Shown here piece after piece: positions 18,209-32,211 of a stretch of 64,000 nt of DNA. The translations under genes and the position numbers were made by a program. How positions within the stretch are numbered: position 1 is the stretch's first letter; every line of letters begins with the position of its first letter. The stretch covers positions 63,342 through 127,341 of the forward strand of contig CAZSXP010000001.1 of NCBI GenBank assembly GCA_964610395.1. The letters run 5' to 3'. The notes below the pieces were generated by a model. It saw only the letters and a program-made list of their open reading frames with translations. It was not told the origin of the DNA and ran no database searches. The stretch is from an uncultured Gammaproteobacteria bacterium. Lineage in GTDB: Bacteria; Patescibacteriota; Microgenomatia; UBA8517.

Positions 18209-20827
18209 CTAAATTTCTTCTTCTTCATCGCCAGTTTTTTCAAGAATAGTAGCAGCTGCAATAGTATCTCCTTTGTTCGCAAACCTCATTATAATAACTC
18301 CCTGTGTTGCTCTACCTAATTGTGGAATATTTTTAACAGGAAGTTTTATCACCTGTCCTTTTTTGGAAGTTATTACTAATTGGTCTGACTTTTCGGTTAC
18401 CATGGCTGCACAGGCAAGTTCTCCAGTTTTTTCTGATATTACACAAGCCTTAAGTCCTTTACCTGCCCTTTTTTGAATTGGGAACAAATCAAATCTAGTT
18501 CTTTTTCCTAGTCCATGAATTGAAATTGTTAAAATATCGCGAAAAATCTTTTTCCTTTTGTCAATTGCCTTTTCTAATTTTTCAGGAAATACTTCCATTC
18601 CAATTACACTATCTCCTTTGTCTAGTTTTACTCCAGTTACGCCAGTTGTTGCTCTACCCATTGGACGGACATTTCCCTCAGGAAATCTAATTGACATCCC
18701 TTTCTTAGTTAAAAGCATGATGTTGTCTGATCCATAGGTTAAGTGAGCAGAAATTAAAATATCATCTCCATGAAGTTTAATTGCAATTAAACCGTTTGCT
18801 CGTAAGTTTTCATAATGCTTTAATTCAGTTTTTTTAATAACTCCTGAAGATGTAGCAAGTATCAAATGTTTAGCTTTTAAAGTTTTGTCCATTGGTAAAA
18901 TTGATTTAATGACTTCTCCACTTTCAAGATTTAGAAAATTGACAAGGGCCTGCCCTTTTGCTTGACGAGAAGACTCTGGTATTTCATAGACCTTTGTACC
19001 AAAAACACGACCTTTATTGGTAAAGAATAAAATTTGATCATGAGTTGAAGCAGTTACCAGATGATCAATCTCATCCTCTTCTTTGGTGGTCATTCCTATT
19101 ACACCCTTACCACCTCTTCTTTGTGCTTTATAAGTATTTTTTGAAACTCTTTTAATGTAACCTGTTTTTGTGACAGTTACCAAGCAATCTTCCTTTGCAA
19201 CTAAATCTTCTTCAGAAAACTCCCCTATTTTACTTTTATAAATCTTTGTTTTTCGGCTATCTCCAAATTTTGCCTTGAGTTCAGTAAGTTCAGTATTTAT
19301 TATTGTCAATATCTTTCCAGGATCTTTTAAGATCGCCACGAGCTCATCAATCAATTTTTTAATCTCTTGATACTCCTTTTCAATTTTATCTCGCTCCAAA
19401 GCAGCTAATCTTCTAAGTTGCATATCAAGTATCGCTGTTGCTTGGATTTCTGACAACTTAAATCTTGCCACCAAATTTGTTTTTGCTTCTTCTTGTGTTT
19501 TACTTTCTCTGATTGTTTTAATTACAGCATCCAAATTATCAAGTGCTATCTTTAAACCTTCTAATATGTGAGATCTTCTCTTTGCTTCAGTTAATTCAAA
19601 AATTGTTCTTCTAACAACCACTTTTTGTCTGTGTTTAATATATTCAACTAAAATTTGTTTTAAATTTAGAGTATGAGGTGTTCCGTCAACAAGTGCAACA
19701 AAGTTGGCAGGGAATGTAGTTTGTAGTCTTGTGTGTTTATAGATATTATTTAAAACAGACTTTGGTTTGGCATCTTTTTTAAGATCAATAGCAACTCTCA
19801 TTCCATCTTTATCTGATTCATCCCTTAGATCTGATATTCCAACTAGTTTTTTATCTTTTACAAGTTCTGCAATTTTAGCAACCATTTCTGCTTTATTTAC
19901 TTGGTATGGGATTTCAGAAATTATAATCTGTGATTTTTTGCCATTATCAACTATCTCTGCAATTCCACGAACCACAATTCGCCCCCTGCCGGTGGCGTAA
20001 ACTTCTTTTAATGATGCCGCGTCATAAATTGCTCCACCAGTTGGGAAATCAGGACCTGGAAGTATATCTGTTATTTCATCAATTGTGGCATCGGTCTCAA
20101 AAGAAATACTTTTTGGATCGACTTCATCTTGTGTGAATTTTTTTTCGTCGCCAGAGGCTATTAAATTTATCTTATTGATTACAAAGTCATTTTCAGTAGC
20201 ATGAACCTCCTCATTTTCAATTGTTACTCTTCCTTTTTTGATCATGTCAAGAATTGCATCAACAACCTCAGTTAAATTATGTGGTGGAATTTTAGTTGCC
20301 ATTCCGACAGCAATACCTTCAGAACCCATTAGAAGTAAATTAGGGAGAAGGGCGGGCATAAAAGTTGGTTCCTTGAGTGTTGCATCAAAATTATCAATAT
20401 AGTCAACGGTATCTTTTTCAATATCAGCTAAAAGATATTCGGAAATTGCAGACAATTTCATTTCACTGTAACGCATGGCTGCGGCAGAATCCCCATCGAC
20501 TGAGCCAAAATTTCCCTGCCCTTTAAGTAGTGGATAACGAAGTGAAAAATCTTGAACCATTCTAACGGCGGTATCGTAGACAGCAGTATCACCGTGTGGA
20601 TGATATTTACCTAAAACTTCTCCTACGACTTTTGCAGATTTAGAAAATGGACCAGTATGTTTTAGTCCCATTTGGCTCATGGCATATAAAATTCTCCTGT
20701 GAACAGGCTTAAGGCCATCACGAACATCAGGAAGAGCACGGGCAACAATAACACTCATTGCATAATCAACGTATGATTTAGATAATTCTGAAGTTATTTC
20801 AATTTGTTTTATTTTGCCGATGTCCAT
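18209..20827 (-). CDS. gyrA: DNA gyrase subunit A
   Basis: [24 protein letters not shown] and GyrA box QRRGGKG. Confidence 0.98.
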   Translation of the reverse strand: MDIGKIKQIEITSELSKSYVDYAMSVIVARALPDVRDGLKPVHRRILYAMSQMGLKHTGPFSKSAKVVGEVLGKYHPHGDTAVYDTAVRMVQDFSLRYPLLKGQGNFGSVDGDSAAAMRYSEMKLSAISEYLLADIEKDTVDYIDNFDATLKEPTFMPALLPNLLLMGSEGIAVGMATKIPPHNLTEVVDAILDMIKKGRVTIENEEVHATENDFVINKINLIASGDEKKFTQDEVDPKSISFETDATIDEITDILPGPDFPTGGAIYDAASLKEVYATGRGRIVVRGIAEIVDNGKKSQIIISEIPYQVNKAEMVAKIAELVKDKKLVGISDLRDESDKDGMRVAIDLKKDAKPKSVLNNIYKHTRLQTTFPANFVALVDGTPHTLNLKQILVEYIKHRQKVVVRRTIFELTEAKRRSHILEGLKIALDNLDAVIKTIRESKTQEEAKTNLVARFKLSEIQATAILDMQLRRLAALERDKIEKEYQEIKKLIDELVAILKDPGKILTIINTELTELKAKFGDSRKTKIYKSKIGEFSEEDLVAKEDCLVTVTKTGYIKRVSKNTYKAQRRGGKGVIGMTTKEEDEIDHLVTASTHDQILFFTNKGRVFGTKVYEIPESSRQAKGQALVNFLNLESGEVIKSILPMDKTLKAKHLILATSSGVIKKTELKHYENLRANGLIAIKLHGDDILISAHLTYGSDNIMLLTKKGMSIRFPEGNVRPMGRATTGVTGVKLDKGDSVIGMEVFPEKLEKAIDKRKKIFRDILTISIHGLGKRTRFDLFPIQKRAGKGLKACVISEKTGELACAAMVTEKSDQLVITSKKGQVIKLPVKNIPQLGRATQGVIIMRFANKGDTIAAATILEKTGDEEEEI

Positions 20828-20871
20828 GCCTAGTAATTCTAGCTTGTTTAATTAGTTGAAGCAAGGGGAAA

Positions 20872-21117
20872 TCACATTTTCTTTTTTTTATTTCTATCTG
20901 GGGTTAAGTATCTTAAAACAATATCTGCAGAATTATATATTATAGTCTCAGTAGGAACGATTGGTTCTAATTTTGCCTCAGCTTCTTGTTTGAAATGTTC
21001 TGCCAATTCTTCTCTAGACCATCCGTTATTTACTTGAATTTCTGCGAGTCGACCTCTTTCTCTCCATTTTTCTCTTGACCTTTGTTCTCTTGGTGTCCAA
21101 TTGTCTATCATGAACAA
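20872..21117 (-). CDS. Small hypothetical protein
   Basis: 81-aa ORF between gyrA and the next gene. Confidence 0.45.
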   Translation of the reverse strand: MFMIDNWTPREQRSREKWRERGRLAEIQVNNGWSREELAEHFKQEAEAKLEPIVPTETIIYNSADIVLRYLTPDRNKKKKM

Positions 21118-21182
21118 TTTTTACAGAAAAATATCCTCTTTTGACAAGCACCAAAAATTTGTTAAACTACAAATTCCCCACT

Positions 21183-21806
21183 ATGTACAATGAAGTAATT
21201 TTTGATCTTGAGACACAAAAGTTTTTTGATGAGATTGCAGGGTCAGACCCTGCAATGCTGGGAGTGTCTATACTTTCTATGTACGTTAGGACTCTGGATC
21301 AGAATTTTAACGAAGTTAGTGGCGAAATGATTTCTTTTTTTGAAGACAAAGTTCCTAAGGCTTGGGAGTACTTCAAAAATGCAGATAGAATAATTGGTTT
21401 TAATTCAAAAAGATTTGATGTCCCCGCTCTAAAGCCATATTTACCACAAGAACTAACCAAACTCCCCCACCTTGATATTTTAGAACATGTAAAGGAAGTT
21501 AACGGTAAAAGAGTGTCACTGAATGCAATTGTCAAAGAAACGTTGGGTGATCATAAAGCTGACGATCCAAGAAACGCAATTATTTATTGGCAAAAAAGAG
21601 ATAAAGAATCTCTAAAAAAACTAAAGTTTTACTGTGAGGAAGATGTAAGGTTAACAAAAGAAGTTTATGACTACGGACTAAAAAATAAAAAACTTCACTT
21701 TAAAGATTTTTGGAATGATGCTAAAACAATTGATGTAGATTTTAGTTATCTTGAGATTAAATCAAAAATGGAGCAATCAGAAGAGCAACAATGTTTATTA
21801 TTTTGA
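21183..21806 (+). CDS. RNase H-like (DEDD/YprB-type) exonuclease domain protein
   Basis: [15 protein letters not shown] and YCEEDV motifs; start at ATG 21183. Confidence 0.8.
   Translation: MYNEVIFDLETQKFFDEIAGSDPAMLGVSILSMYVRTLDQNFNEVSGEMISFFEDKVPKAWEYFKNADRIIGFNSKRFDVPALKPYLPQELTKLPHLDILEHVKEVNGKRVSLNAIVKETLGDHKADDPRNAIIYWQKRDKESLKKLKFYCEEDVRLTKEVYDYGLKNKKLHFKDFWNDAKTIDVDFSYLEIKSKMEQSEEQQCLLF
21234..21256. repeat. 23-bp REP-like palindrome, copy 2 (inside CDS, encodes IAGSDPAM)
   Basis: Identical to 15289-15311. Confidence 0.85.
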
Positions 21807-23769
21807 TCATTGGGTTGATTGCAGGTCCTGCAGTATCTTTATAAGGATCTCCTACAGTGTCTCCTGTTACTGCTGCTTTATGAGCTTCACTTCCTTTACC
21901 TCCAAAATTACCCGTTTCGATATACTTTTTGGCATTGTCCCAAGCAGCTCCACCTGTTGTCATTGAAATACCAACAAAAAGACCTGTAATAATGGTACCA
22001 ACTAGTAAACCACCCAAAGCTTGTGCACCTAATAAAAATCCAACCAAGATTGGAGAAACTACAGGTAAAAGTGCAGGAACAATCATCTCTTTAAGCGCTG
22101 ATTTAGTTACAATATCAACAGCTTTACCATATTCTGGTTTTGCTTTTCTGGTCATGATTCCAGGTATTTCTTTAAATTGTCTTCTAATTTCTTCAACAAT
22201 AGATTTGGCAGCTTTTCCAACAGCTTCCATGGCAAGAGCTCCAAACATATAAGGGATAGAACCACCGATAAATAATCCAATTAAAACTTTAGGGTCAGAA
22301 AGTGAAAAGTTACCAACCCCCACTCCAGATTTGCTTAGTTCGTCAACAAAACTTGCAAAAAGAACAAGTGCTGCAAGACCTGCAGAACCAATCGCATAGC
22401 CTTTTGTGACAGCTTTTGTTGTGTTACCAACTGCATCTAAGGCATCTGTAACATTTCTAACCTTGTCTGGCTGATTTGTCATCTCGGTAATTCCACCAGC
22501 GTTATCTGTGATTGGTCCAAATGCGTCAATTGCAACCACAATTCCTGTTAAAGAAAGCATTGCCATGGCGCTAAGTGCTATACCGTAAAGACCTGCTAAT
22601 GAAAAAGATCCTAGTATTGCAAGAGAAATTAAAATGATAGGAGGAAAAGTAGATTTCATTGATATTGCAAGACCTGCAATTATGTTTGTTCCATGCCCTG
22701 TGGTTGAAGCTTCTGAAATATATTTAACTGGTCCAAAACTTTTAGAAGTGAAATATTCTGTGATTAATACCATTCCAATAGTAACAGCAATTCCGATCAA
22801 GGTAGAAAGATAAAGATTTAGATTTGAAAAATGACCATTTCCTGACATAAATATTTTGGTGATGTACCAAAAAGAGACAATTGAAACAACTGAAGCTGCA
22901 GCAAGACCTTTATATAAAGCTTTCATTATAGCTTTGTCTTTTCCAACTTTAACAAATAAAGTTCCAATGATTGAGGCAAAAATTGCACTAGCCCCAATTG
23001 CTAATGGAAAATAGAAAGCACTTGGATTGCCAGCAAACACTGAAGATCCCAGTAGCATTGATGCAACTGCTGTAACGACGTACGTCTCAAAAAGGTCAGC
23101 TGCCATACCTGCGTCATCGCCTACATTATCCCCTACCAAATCGGCTATAACTCCTGGGTTACGGGGATCATCTTCAGGAATTCCTGCTTCAATTTTTCCA
23201 ACCATGTCTGTTCCAACATCAGCTCCTTTGGTATAAATTCCACCACCAAGCCTTGCAAAAACTGAAATTAATGAACCACCAAAACCTAGAGCAATTAAGG
23301 GAGTTAAGTTAGAAGTTTGATTTAAAAGGGTCAATAATAAATATGTTCCCGCTACAGCTAAAAGTGCAAGACCTGCAACCATGAGTCCTGTTACAGATCC
23401 ACCAGAAAAAGCAGTTGTTAATGCTGGACCTATCCCCTTTTGTGCGGCTTTGGCACATCTAACATTTGTTCTAACTGCTACATTCATTCCAACAAAACCT
23501 GCAAGTGCTGATAAAAATGCTCCGATTAAAAATGATATAGCTGAAAGTGAGCCTAATGTAAACCACATTAATACAAAAATTGCTGCTGATATGAAACCAA
23601 TTACAGTATATTGTCTTTTTAAATAAGCTGATGCTCCTTCTGCAATTGCGTCTGCAATCTCTACCATGTCAGGAGTTCCTTTAGGAAGCTTTAGTATTTT
23701 ATAGGTTAAATAGGCAGAATATAAAACTGCAAATAAAGCAGAAACAATTGAAAAAATTAAATAATTCAT
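21757..23769 (-). CDS. hppA: Membrane H+-translocating pyrophosphatase, probably K+-independent
   Basis: [17 protein letters not shown] and DNAGG motifs; GNTTKA carries the Lys determinant. Confidence 0.95.
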   Translation of the reverse strand: MNYLIFSIVSALFAVLYSAYLTYKILKLPKGTPDMVEIADAIAEGASAYLKRQYTVIGFISAAIFVLMWFTLGSLSAISFLIGAFLSALAGFVGMNVAVRTNVRCAKAAQKGIGPALTTAFSGGSVTGLMVAGLALLAVAGTYLLLTLLNQTSNLTPLIALGFGGSLISVFARLGGGIYTKGADVGTDMVGKIEAGIPEDDPRNPGVIADLVGDNVGDDAGMAADLFETYVVTAVASMLLGSSVFAGNPSAFYFPLAIGASAIFASIIGTLFVKVGKDKAIMKALYKGLAAASVVSIVSFWYITKIFMSGNGHFSNLNLYLSTLIGIAVTIGMVLITEYFTSKSFGPVKYISEASTTGHGTNIIAGLAISMKSTFPPIILISLAILGSFSLAGLYGIALSAMAMLSLTGIVVAIDAFGPITDNAGGITEMTNQPDKVRNVTDALDAVGNTTKAVTKGYAIGSAGLAALVLFASFVDELSKSGVGVGNFSLSDPKVLIGLFIGGSIPYMFGALAMEAVGKAAKSIVEEIRRQFKEIPGIMTRKAKPEYGKAVDIVTKSALKEMIVPALLPVVSPILVGFLLGAQALGGLLVGTIITGLFVGISMTTGGAAWDNAKKYIETGNFGGKGSEAHKAAVTGDTVGDPYKDTAGPAINPMIKIINIVALLIAPFLI

Positions 23770-23791
23770 AATAATTTAGATGATTATAACT

Positions 23792-26243
<2,452 letters not shown>

Positions 26244-26277
26244 TTATCAATTTTATCACAAATGTTATCCCATAAAA

Positions 26278-26305
26278 TTGACATTTTGCCACAAAGTGCT
26301 AAACT
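26278..26305 (+). promoter_or_regulatory. Sigma70 promoter for tandem peptide genes
   Basis: TTGACA-N16-TAAACT with a TG extension. Confidence 0.55.
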
Positions 26306-26425
26306 TCAATCCTAAAGTTTTAGTGTAATTGCACACAAAAAATTTGAAAGATCCTTGAAACTAAGTTTTTGTTTCAAGTCACCGTTGCACGTTTCAAAAA
26401 TCTCTTAAGAAAGGAGAAATAAGAC

Positions 26426-26536
26426 ATGCCTGACGATGGTCCAGACAATGAAGGTAGTGGCGGTTCTGAATCAGGACAAGAAAGTGGTGGACCTGATGGC
26501 CCCGATAACAGTGAAACTGGCACAATTAGCGATTAA
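26426..26536 (+). CDS. Unannotated 36-aa acidic D/G/S/E-rich peptide 1
   Basis: MPDDGPDNEGSGGSESGQESGGPDGPDNSETGTISD*, AAAGGAGA SD. Confidence 0.7.
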   Translation: MPDDGPDNEGSGGSESGQESGGPDGPDNSETGTISD

Positions 26537-26594
26537 AGATTAATTGTCGCTTGATGCGGGTTTTACAAAATCTTAAGGAAAGGAGAAACCTAAA

Positions 26595-26714
26595 ATGCGC
26601 AACGATCCAGGTAGTGATTGGGACGACGGTGCAGCCAGCGAGCAAGGAAATGACGGAACTGATAGCTCCGATTCCAGCAACGACGGCACCAGTTCGGGTG
26701 GCGATCAAGGTTAA
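26595..26714 (+). CDS. Unannotated 39-aa acidic D/G/S-rich peptide 2
   Basis: MRNDPGSDWDDGAASEQGNDGTDSSDSSNDGTSSGGDQG*, AAAGGAGA SD in a leader resembling that of peptide 1. Confidence 0.7.
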   Translation: MRNDPGSDWDDGAASEQGNDGTDSSDSSNDGTSSGGDQG

Positions 26715-26735
26715 TTGACTGCCATCAACAACAAA

Positions 26736-26775
26736 GCATCCATTGGTAATTTTTTACCACTTTACCAATGGATGC
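26736..26775. terminator. Intrinsic terminator after the peptide pair
   Basis: 14-bp stem GCATCCATTGGTAA...TTACCAATGGATGC followed by a T-rich tract. Confidence 0.75.
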
Positions 26776-26796
26776 AAGTTTTATTTATTTTATAAA

Positions 26797-28056
26797 TTAT
26801 TCTGTGGAGACTTCTATTTGATCCTTATTTAACTCCTTAGCTAATACCGCAATATGGGGTTTGTTGTTAAAGATTTTAATTGCGACATCTTTAATTTGAG
26901 CTGATGTGACTTTATTAATTTTTTCTATTTCTTTTTCTACAGTAACCAAATTACTTAATATGATTCTAAAATACGCATAGTGTGATGCAAGTAATACTGA
27001 GTCTTCAAGTTCGAACAGTGATGCAGATCGTATTCTCTTTTTGTGGAGATCCATTTCTTTACTTGCTACATTTTCAGTTATAAGTTTATTTTGTTCATCA
27101 ATGATAACTTTGATTACTTCGTTTATATTTTTTTCATCAGTTCCACATTGTGTATAAAACAATCCCCTATTTGGACCATTCCAAGTGAATGACGATATGT
27201 CATAGACAAGTTGCCTTTCTTCTCTTGCAGCCAAGAAAAGTCTGCTTGATATACCTTTTCCTAAAATTGAGGAAAGTAAAAGGGATACATAGTAGTCGGG
27301 AGAGTTTCTTCCTGGCGAATCATATGAAATCATCAATCTTGCCTGTGTTGCATTTTCTCGTCTTAGTACTTTTAGATTTGAATCGTTATTTTTAGTAAAT
27401 GTTTTAATTTCAGAATTATCACCCATTGGAATATCATCAAAATAGTTTTCTATAATTTTAAATAAATTTTCTTTGTCAATATTTCCGCAAACTGACAAAA
27501 CAAAGTTGTTAGGGGTGTAATACCTTTTCCAAAACTTTTTTAATATATCTTTATTAATTACCTCAATTGATTCGTCGTCACCTAAAACCATTCTATTCAT
27601 AGATTTATCTTTGTATGACAGGCCAACCAATGTTTCAAATAACTGTCGTTGGTCGTTTGTCATGGCTCTCTTATATTCTTCTAAAATTATCCTTTTTTCT
27701 TTGTCGATATTTTTTTCATCAAAAGTTGGATGAAATACTGCCTGTGATAGCAACTCTATCCCCTTTTCAAATTCAGAAGCAATTAGTTTTATTGTAAACT
27801 CAGTGAAATTTTTGCTGGTAGTCGCATTTACAGAACCGCCCGAGTCTATAACCAAAGACAAAAGATCTTTTTTTACTGGATATTTTTTTGATCCATCGAG
27901 TGCTAGGTGTTCGAAAAAATGAGCCGTGCCTGGGACATCTTCAAATACGCTTCCACAGTTACCTATTAAATTCATTGCAACTACTTGGCTATCCTTTTTT
28001 TCAACGTAAACAATCTTTAGGCCGTTTGATTTTAGTGTAAAGTCGTGTACTTTCAT
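26797..28056 (-). CDS. M16 family zinc metallopeptidase
   Basis: GTAHFFEH (HxxEH), NATT, YYTPNN and SSRLF..REE motifs; start at MKVHDF (the longer ORF overlaps pilB). Confidence 0.9.
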   Translation of the reverse strand: MKVHDFTLKSNGLKIVYVEKKDSQVVAMNLIGNCGSVFEDVPGTAHFFEHLALDGSKKYPVKKDLLSLVIDSGGSVNATTSKNFTEFTIKLIASEFEKGIELLSQAVFHPTFDEKNIDKEKRIILEEYKRAMTNDQRQLFETLVGLSYKDKSMNRMVLGDDESIEVINKDILKKFWKRYYTPNNFVLSVCGNIDKENLFKIIENYFDDIPMGDNSEIKTFTKNNDSNLKVLRRENATQARLMISYDSPGRNSPDYYVSLLLSSILGKGISSRLFLAAREERQLVYDISSFTWNGPNRGLFYTQCGTDEKNINEVIKVIIDEQNKLITENVASKEMDLHKKRIRSASLFELEDSVLLASHYAYFRIILSNLVTVEKEIEKINKVTSAQIKDVAIKIFNNKPHIAVLAKELNKDQIEVSTE

Positions 28057-28093
28057 GATTGATGAAAGTATTATAACATGTAATAATAATCTC

Positions 28094-29809
28094 ATGCCCA
28101 ATACTGCCACTGTTACAGGAAATAATCTTTCAGATGTTTTAATTTCTATGGGTGCTTTGACTGAAGAACGTGCCAAGCAAATTAAAATGGCTGAGGTGCA
28201 ATACGGCACCACTCAAGAAGAAATTATTAAAAAACAGAATTTAGTATCAAATGCCGATCTCGTCCGCGCCAAAGCAACTCTTTATAATATTCCTTATGCA
28301 GACCTCGCTACTTCCCCATCCTCTCCTGAAGCTATGTCTATTCTTTCACAAGATATTTCTTCTAAATTTAATATTTTTCCACTTGCAATAGATAAACTAG
28401 CAAAAACGATCACTCTTGCTATGGCAGACCCACTTGATTTAACTGCCATTGAATTTGTAGAAAGAAAAACAGGTCTTAGGGTTAAACCTGTGGCTGTAGA
28501 AGAAGATAAATTAAGTGATGTTATAACAACAAGATATTCAACATCACTTTCTCAAGAAGTTACTGAGGCTTTAAAAGATGTCGCACCTGAGAAAAAATCA
28601 AATATTAAAGATAATTTGAAAATTGGTTTTATTAAAGAAGAAAAAATTTCAGAAATAGTATCTCACATTTTAGAATTTGCAGTGAAATCAAGGTCAAGCG
28701 ATATTCATATCGAACCAGAAGAAAGGTCCACCAGAGTTAGATATAGAATAGATGGAATTTTAGTTGAAAAATTAACTATTCCAAAAGAATTGCACGAATC
28801 ATTAACCTCTAGAATAAAAATTTTGGCAGGAATGAAAATTGATGAAAAAAGAATTCCTCAAGATGGTAGATTTAATTTTAAAGCTGCAAATGAAGATACT
28901 GACCTTCGTGTTTCTTCACTTCCTACAACATGGGGTGAAAAGATTGTCATGCGTCTCCTTAAAAAAACTGGTGGTGTTCCCGACCTTCCCACACTTGGTC
29001 TTCGTGGAAAAGCTTTAAAAAATTTACAAGATGCCATACTTAGGCCTCATGGAATTATATTAATTTGTGGACCTACTGGATCAGGTAAAACTACAACTCT
29101 TTATTCTATTATTTCAAAAATAAACACCCCCAAAGTTAATATAGTTACTTTGGAAGATCCTATTGAATATAAAATGATTGGTGTTAATCAAGTCCAAATT
29201 AATCCTGCAGTAGGCCTTACTTTTGCTTCAGGACTTAAATCATTTTTGAGACAAGACCCAAATATTATATTGGTGGGAGAAATTAGAGATCAAGAAACCG
29301 CAGATCTTGCCATACAGGCATCTTTAACTGGGCATTTGGTTTTTTCTACACTTCATACTAATAATGCTGCGGGTGCACTACCTCGTATGCTTGATATGGG
29401 AGCAGAACCTTATCTTTTGACTTCTTCAATGACTGCCATTATGGCTCAAAGAGTTGCCAGAAAAATTCATGAAGATTGTAGTGAAAATTATGAACCTGAT
29501 CCAAAGGTTATTGAAGAGATGAAATCTATTCTAGGTCCACTTTGGCCAAAAGATCCACTCTCAAAAATCTCAAGAGGTAAAGGTTGCCAAGCTTGTGGCA
29601 ATTCAGGTTATTATGGAAGGATTGGTATTTTTGAGGTTTTACCAGTTAGTGATTCTATTGGTAAAATGATTCTTGAAAGATCTCCTGCATCAGAAATTGA
29701 AAATAAAGCAAAAGAGGAAGGTATGATAACATTAAAACAGGACGGTTATTTGAAAGTTTTGGCAGGTGAAACAACAATTGAGGAAATATTGCGTGTAGCA
29801 CAAGAATGA
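28094..29809 (+). CDS. pilB: Type IV pilus extension ATPase (PilB/GspE)
   Basis: SDIHIEP, GPTGSGKTT, LRQDP..ILVGEIRD and LHTN motifs; CxxC. Confidence 0.95.
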   Translation: MPNTATVTGNNLSDVLISMGALTEERAKQIKMAEVQYGTTQEEIIKKQNLVSNADLVRAKATLYNIPYADLATSPSSPEAMSILSQDISSKFNIFPLAIDKLAKTITLAMADPLDLTAIEFVERKTGLRVKPVAVEEDKLSDVITTRYSTSLSQEVTEALKDVAPEKKSNIKDNLKIGFIKEEKISEIVSHILEFAVKSRSSDIHIEPEERSTRVRYRIDGILVEKLTIPKELHESLTSRIKILAGMKIDEKRIPQDGRFNFKAANEDTDLRVSSLPTTWGEKIVMRLLKKTGGVPDLPTLGLRGKALKNLQDAILRPHGIILICGPTGSGKTTTLYSIISKINTPKVNIVTLEDPIEYKMIGVNQVQINPAVGLTFASGLKSFLRQDPNIILVGEIRDQETADLAIQASLTGHLVFSTLHTNNAAGALPRMLDMGAEPYLLTSSMTAIMAQRVARKIHEDCSENYEPDPKVIEEMKSILGPLWPKDPLSKISRGKGCQACGNSGYYGRIGIFEVLPVSDSIGKMILERSPASEIENKAKEEGMITLKQDGYLKVLAGETTIEEILRVAQE

Positions 29810-29828
29810 TTAATATGATAAATCCGTT

Positions 29829-30890
29829 ATGAACGTAAAGAACTTATTAGAACAAACAATTGATTTAAAAGCATCTGATTTGCATTTAGTTGCTGGTGTT
29901 CCTCCTATGGTTAGGTTAGATGGGGATTTAAAATCAATTGCAGACAATGCTATTTTAAGCCCTGACATTATAAGTGAAGGCTTAAAACAGATATTAACAA
30001 AAGATCAATTTGAAAGATTTACTGTAAATAAAGAAATTGATTTTTCACTATCATTTAATGAAAAGGCAAGATTTAGAGTAAATGCCTATACCCAAAAAGG
30101 GTCGATGGCAGCTTCATTTAGAAGAATACCTCTAGAAATTCCAGAAATTGATGCTTTAGGACTACCTCCAATAGCCAAAAGTTTTACAGATTTAAGACAG
30201 GGATTAGTTTTAGTTACAGGACCAACAGGACATGGAAAGTCAACTACACTTGCAGCAATAATAAATGAGATAAATAAAAATAGAGCATCACATATTGTAA
30301 CTATTGAAGATCCAATTGAATTTGTGTTTAAGCCTATAAAATCAATTGTTTCTCAGCGTGAGATGAAGTCTGATACCCACTCATGGCAAGTTGCTTTAAG
30401 GTCTGTTCTTCGTGAAGATCCTGATGTTGTTTTAGTTGGTGAGATGAGAGATTTTGAGACAATTTCTGCTGCAATGACAATTGCAGAAACTGGCCACTTA
30501 GTTTTTGGGACACTACACACTAATTCTGCTTCCCAAACAGTTGATAGAATTGTTGATGTATTCCCTGAAAACCAACAAAATCAAATAAGAATGCAATTAT
30601 CATCAATTTTGGAGGCTGTATTTTCTCAGAGGTTAATAAAGACAAGCACTGGTGGACGCCTAGTTGCTCATGAAGTAATGCTTGGAACAACAGCTATAAA
30701 AACTGCAATTAGAGAAGGTAAATCACACCAAATTGATTCAATTATTCAGACATCTTTAGAGGCTGGCATGTCAACACTTGAACATTCTCTTGCTACTCTT
30801 GTTAAAACAAATAAGATTACTATCGAGACTGCACAACAGTGGACAGTTAGACCTGATGAATTAAATAGATTAATTAAAGGTAGTCTCTAA
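29829..30890 (+). CDS. pilT: Type IV pilus retraction ATPase
   Basis: ASDLHL, GPTGHGKSTT, LREDPD and AIKTAIRE (AIRNLIRE-like) motifs. Confidence 0.95.
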   Translation: MNVKNLLEQTIDLKASDLHLVAGVPPMVRLDGDLKSIADNAILSPDIISEGLKQILTKDQFERFTVNKEIDFSLSFNEKARFRVNAYTQKGSMAASFRRIPLEIPEIDALGLPPIAKSFTDLRQGLVLVTGPTGHGKSTTLAAIINEINKNRASHIVTIEDPIEFVFKPIKSIVSQREMKSDTHSWQVALRSVLREDPDVVLVGEMRDFETISAAMTIAETGHLVFGTLHTNSASQTVDRIVDVFPENQQNQIRMQLSSILEAVFSQRLIKTSTGGRLVAHEVMLGTTAIKTAIREGKSHQIDSIIQTSLEAGMSTLEHSLATLVKTNKITIETAQQWTVRPDELNRLIKGSL

Positions 30891-30895
30891 AGAAA

Positions 30896-32101
30896 ATGAA
30901 ACGATTCAACTACAAAGCGAAAAATAAAGCTGGAAAGCTGGTAACTGGTGAAGTTGAAGCTGTTGATGATTCTAATGCTGCTAGACTAGTTCATGGAAAA
31001 GGACTACTTGTACTATCTGTAAAACAAGTTTTTGAAAACCCAATTGTTTTTATTAAAAATTTAAAAAATAGGATTACTCCATCAGATGTTGTTACTTTTA
31101 CTCGTCAGTTTGCAACAATGGTCAATGCTGGTTTACCAATTACTGAGTCACTTATTATTCTAAAATCTCAAGCAAATGGTTCAATGGGTAAAGTTGTTTC
31201 CCAAATTTTGGCAGATATTGAAGGAGGAGAATCTGTTTCAAAAGCTTTCATCAAACATCCTAATGTTTTTTCTCCAACCTACATTGCCTTAGTCAAGTCA
31301 GGTGAAGTTGGTGGGGTTTTGGATACTGTTTTAGTTCGTCTTGCTGATGATATGGAAAAGCAACAAGAATTTAAAGGAAAAGTTAAAGGGGCCATGATTT
31401 ATCCCATGATAATTGTTATCGGTATGGTAATAGTTGCCTTTTTAATGATGATTTTTGTTGTTCCAAGACTTACCTCACTTTATTCAGAGTTTAACGCAGA
31501 ACTTCCACTTCCAACCAGAATTTTAATGGGAATATCTGATGCTGTAATTAAATTCTGGCCTGTAACTCTTGCATTTTTTGTAGGTGGATTTTATGGCTTT
31601 AAAACGTATAGAAAAACTACTGCAGGAAAATTAAAAACAGATGAGCTTCAATTTAAAATTCCAATCATTGGCCCATTACAAAAACAGGTTTTGTTAACTG
31701 AGCTAACAAGTACGCTTTCTTTAATGTCTGGTGCTGGAGTATCAATTTTGGAAAGCTTAAACATAACATCGGAAGTTATGAGTAATGCAGTAATAAGTAA
31801 TGCTCTAAAGGACGTTTCAATTCAAGTTGAAAAAGGTTTTCCTGTTTCCTATGCTTTTGCAAAACATCCTGACGCATTTCCTTTTATTCTTTCTCAAATG
31901 ATTGCTGTTGGTGAAGAAACTGGAAAAATGGAAGAGGTTCTAAAAAAAGTAAGTCATGTTTTTGAAGTTGAGTCAGACCAAAAAGTTAAAACATTAACTG
32001 CAGCAATTGAACCAATTGTCATGGTTCTTTTGGGGTTAGGAGTTGGATTTTTAGTCATTGCAATTATCCTGCCTATTTACAACTTGACAAGTCAATTTTA
32101 G
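30896..32101 (+). CDS. pilC: Type IV pilus platform protein (PilC/GspF)
   Basis: Two T2SSF domains; GEVGG.L and GEETG motifs. Confidence 0.95.
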   Translation: MKRFNYKAKNKAGKLVTGEVEAVDDSNAARLVHGKGLLVLSVKQVFENPIVFIKNLKNRITPSDVVTFTRQFATMVNAGLPITESLIILKSQANGSMGKVVSQILADIEGGESVSKAFIKHPNVFSPTYIALVKSGEVGGVLDTVLVRLADDMEKQQEFKGKVKGAMIYPMIIVIGMVIVAFLMMIFVVPRLTSLYSEFNAELPLPTRILMGISDAVIKFWPVTLAFFVGGFYGFKTYRKTTAGKLKTDELQFKIPIIGPLQKQVLLTELTSTLSLMSGAGVSILESLNITSEVMSNAVISNALKDVSIQVEKGFPVSYAFAKHPDAFPFILSQMIAVGEETGKMEEVLKKVSHVFEVESDQKVKTLTAAIEPIVMVLLGLGVGFLVIAIILPIYNLTSQF

Positions 32102-32113
32102 GTACTTGACAAG
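31882..32113 (+). repeat. 232-bp direct repeat, left copy (pilC 3' end plus TTGACAAG)
   Basis: Matches 36173-36404 with 3 mismatches by eye. Confidence 0.95.
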
Positions 32114-32211
32114 CCAATTTTAAATATACCCATAAGTCATTGACTATTTGATCATTTCTGATATAGTTCTGCTTGTATTATTCTTACGAATTTACTAAGG
32201 AGGTGATTAAA

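Noticed and set aside
26526-26708. 60-aa minus-strand ORF in the track
   Set aside because: Antisense to the two plus-strand peptides, which have SD, promoter and terminator support
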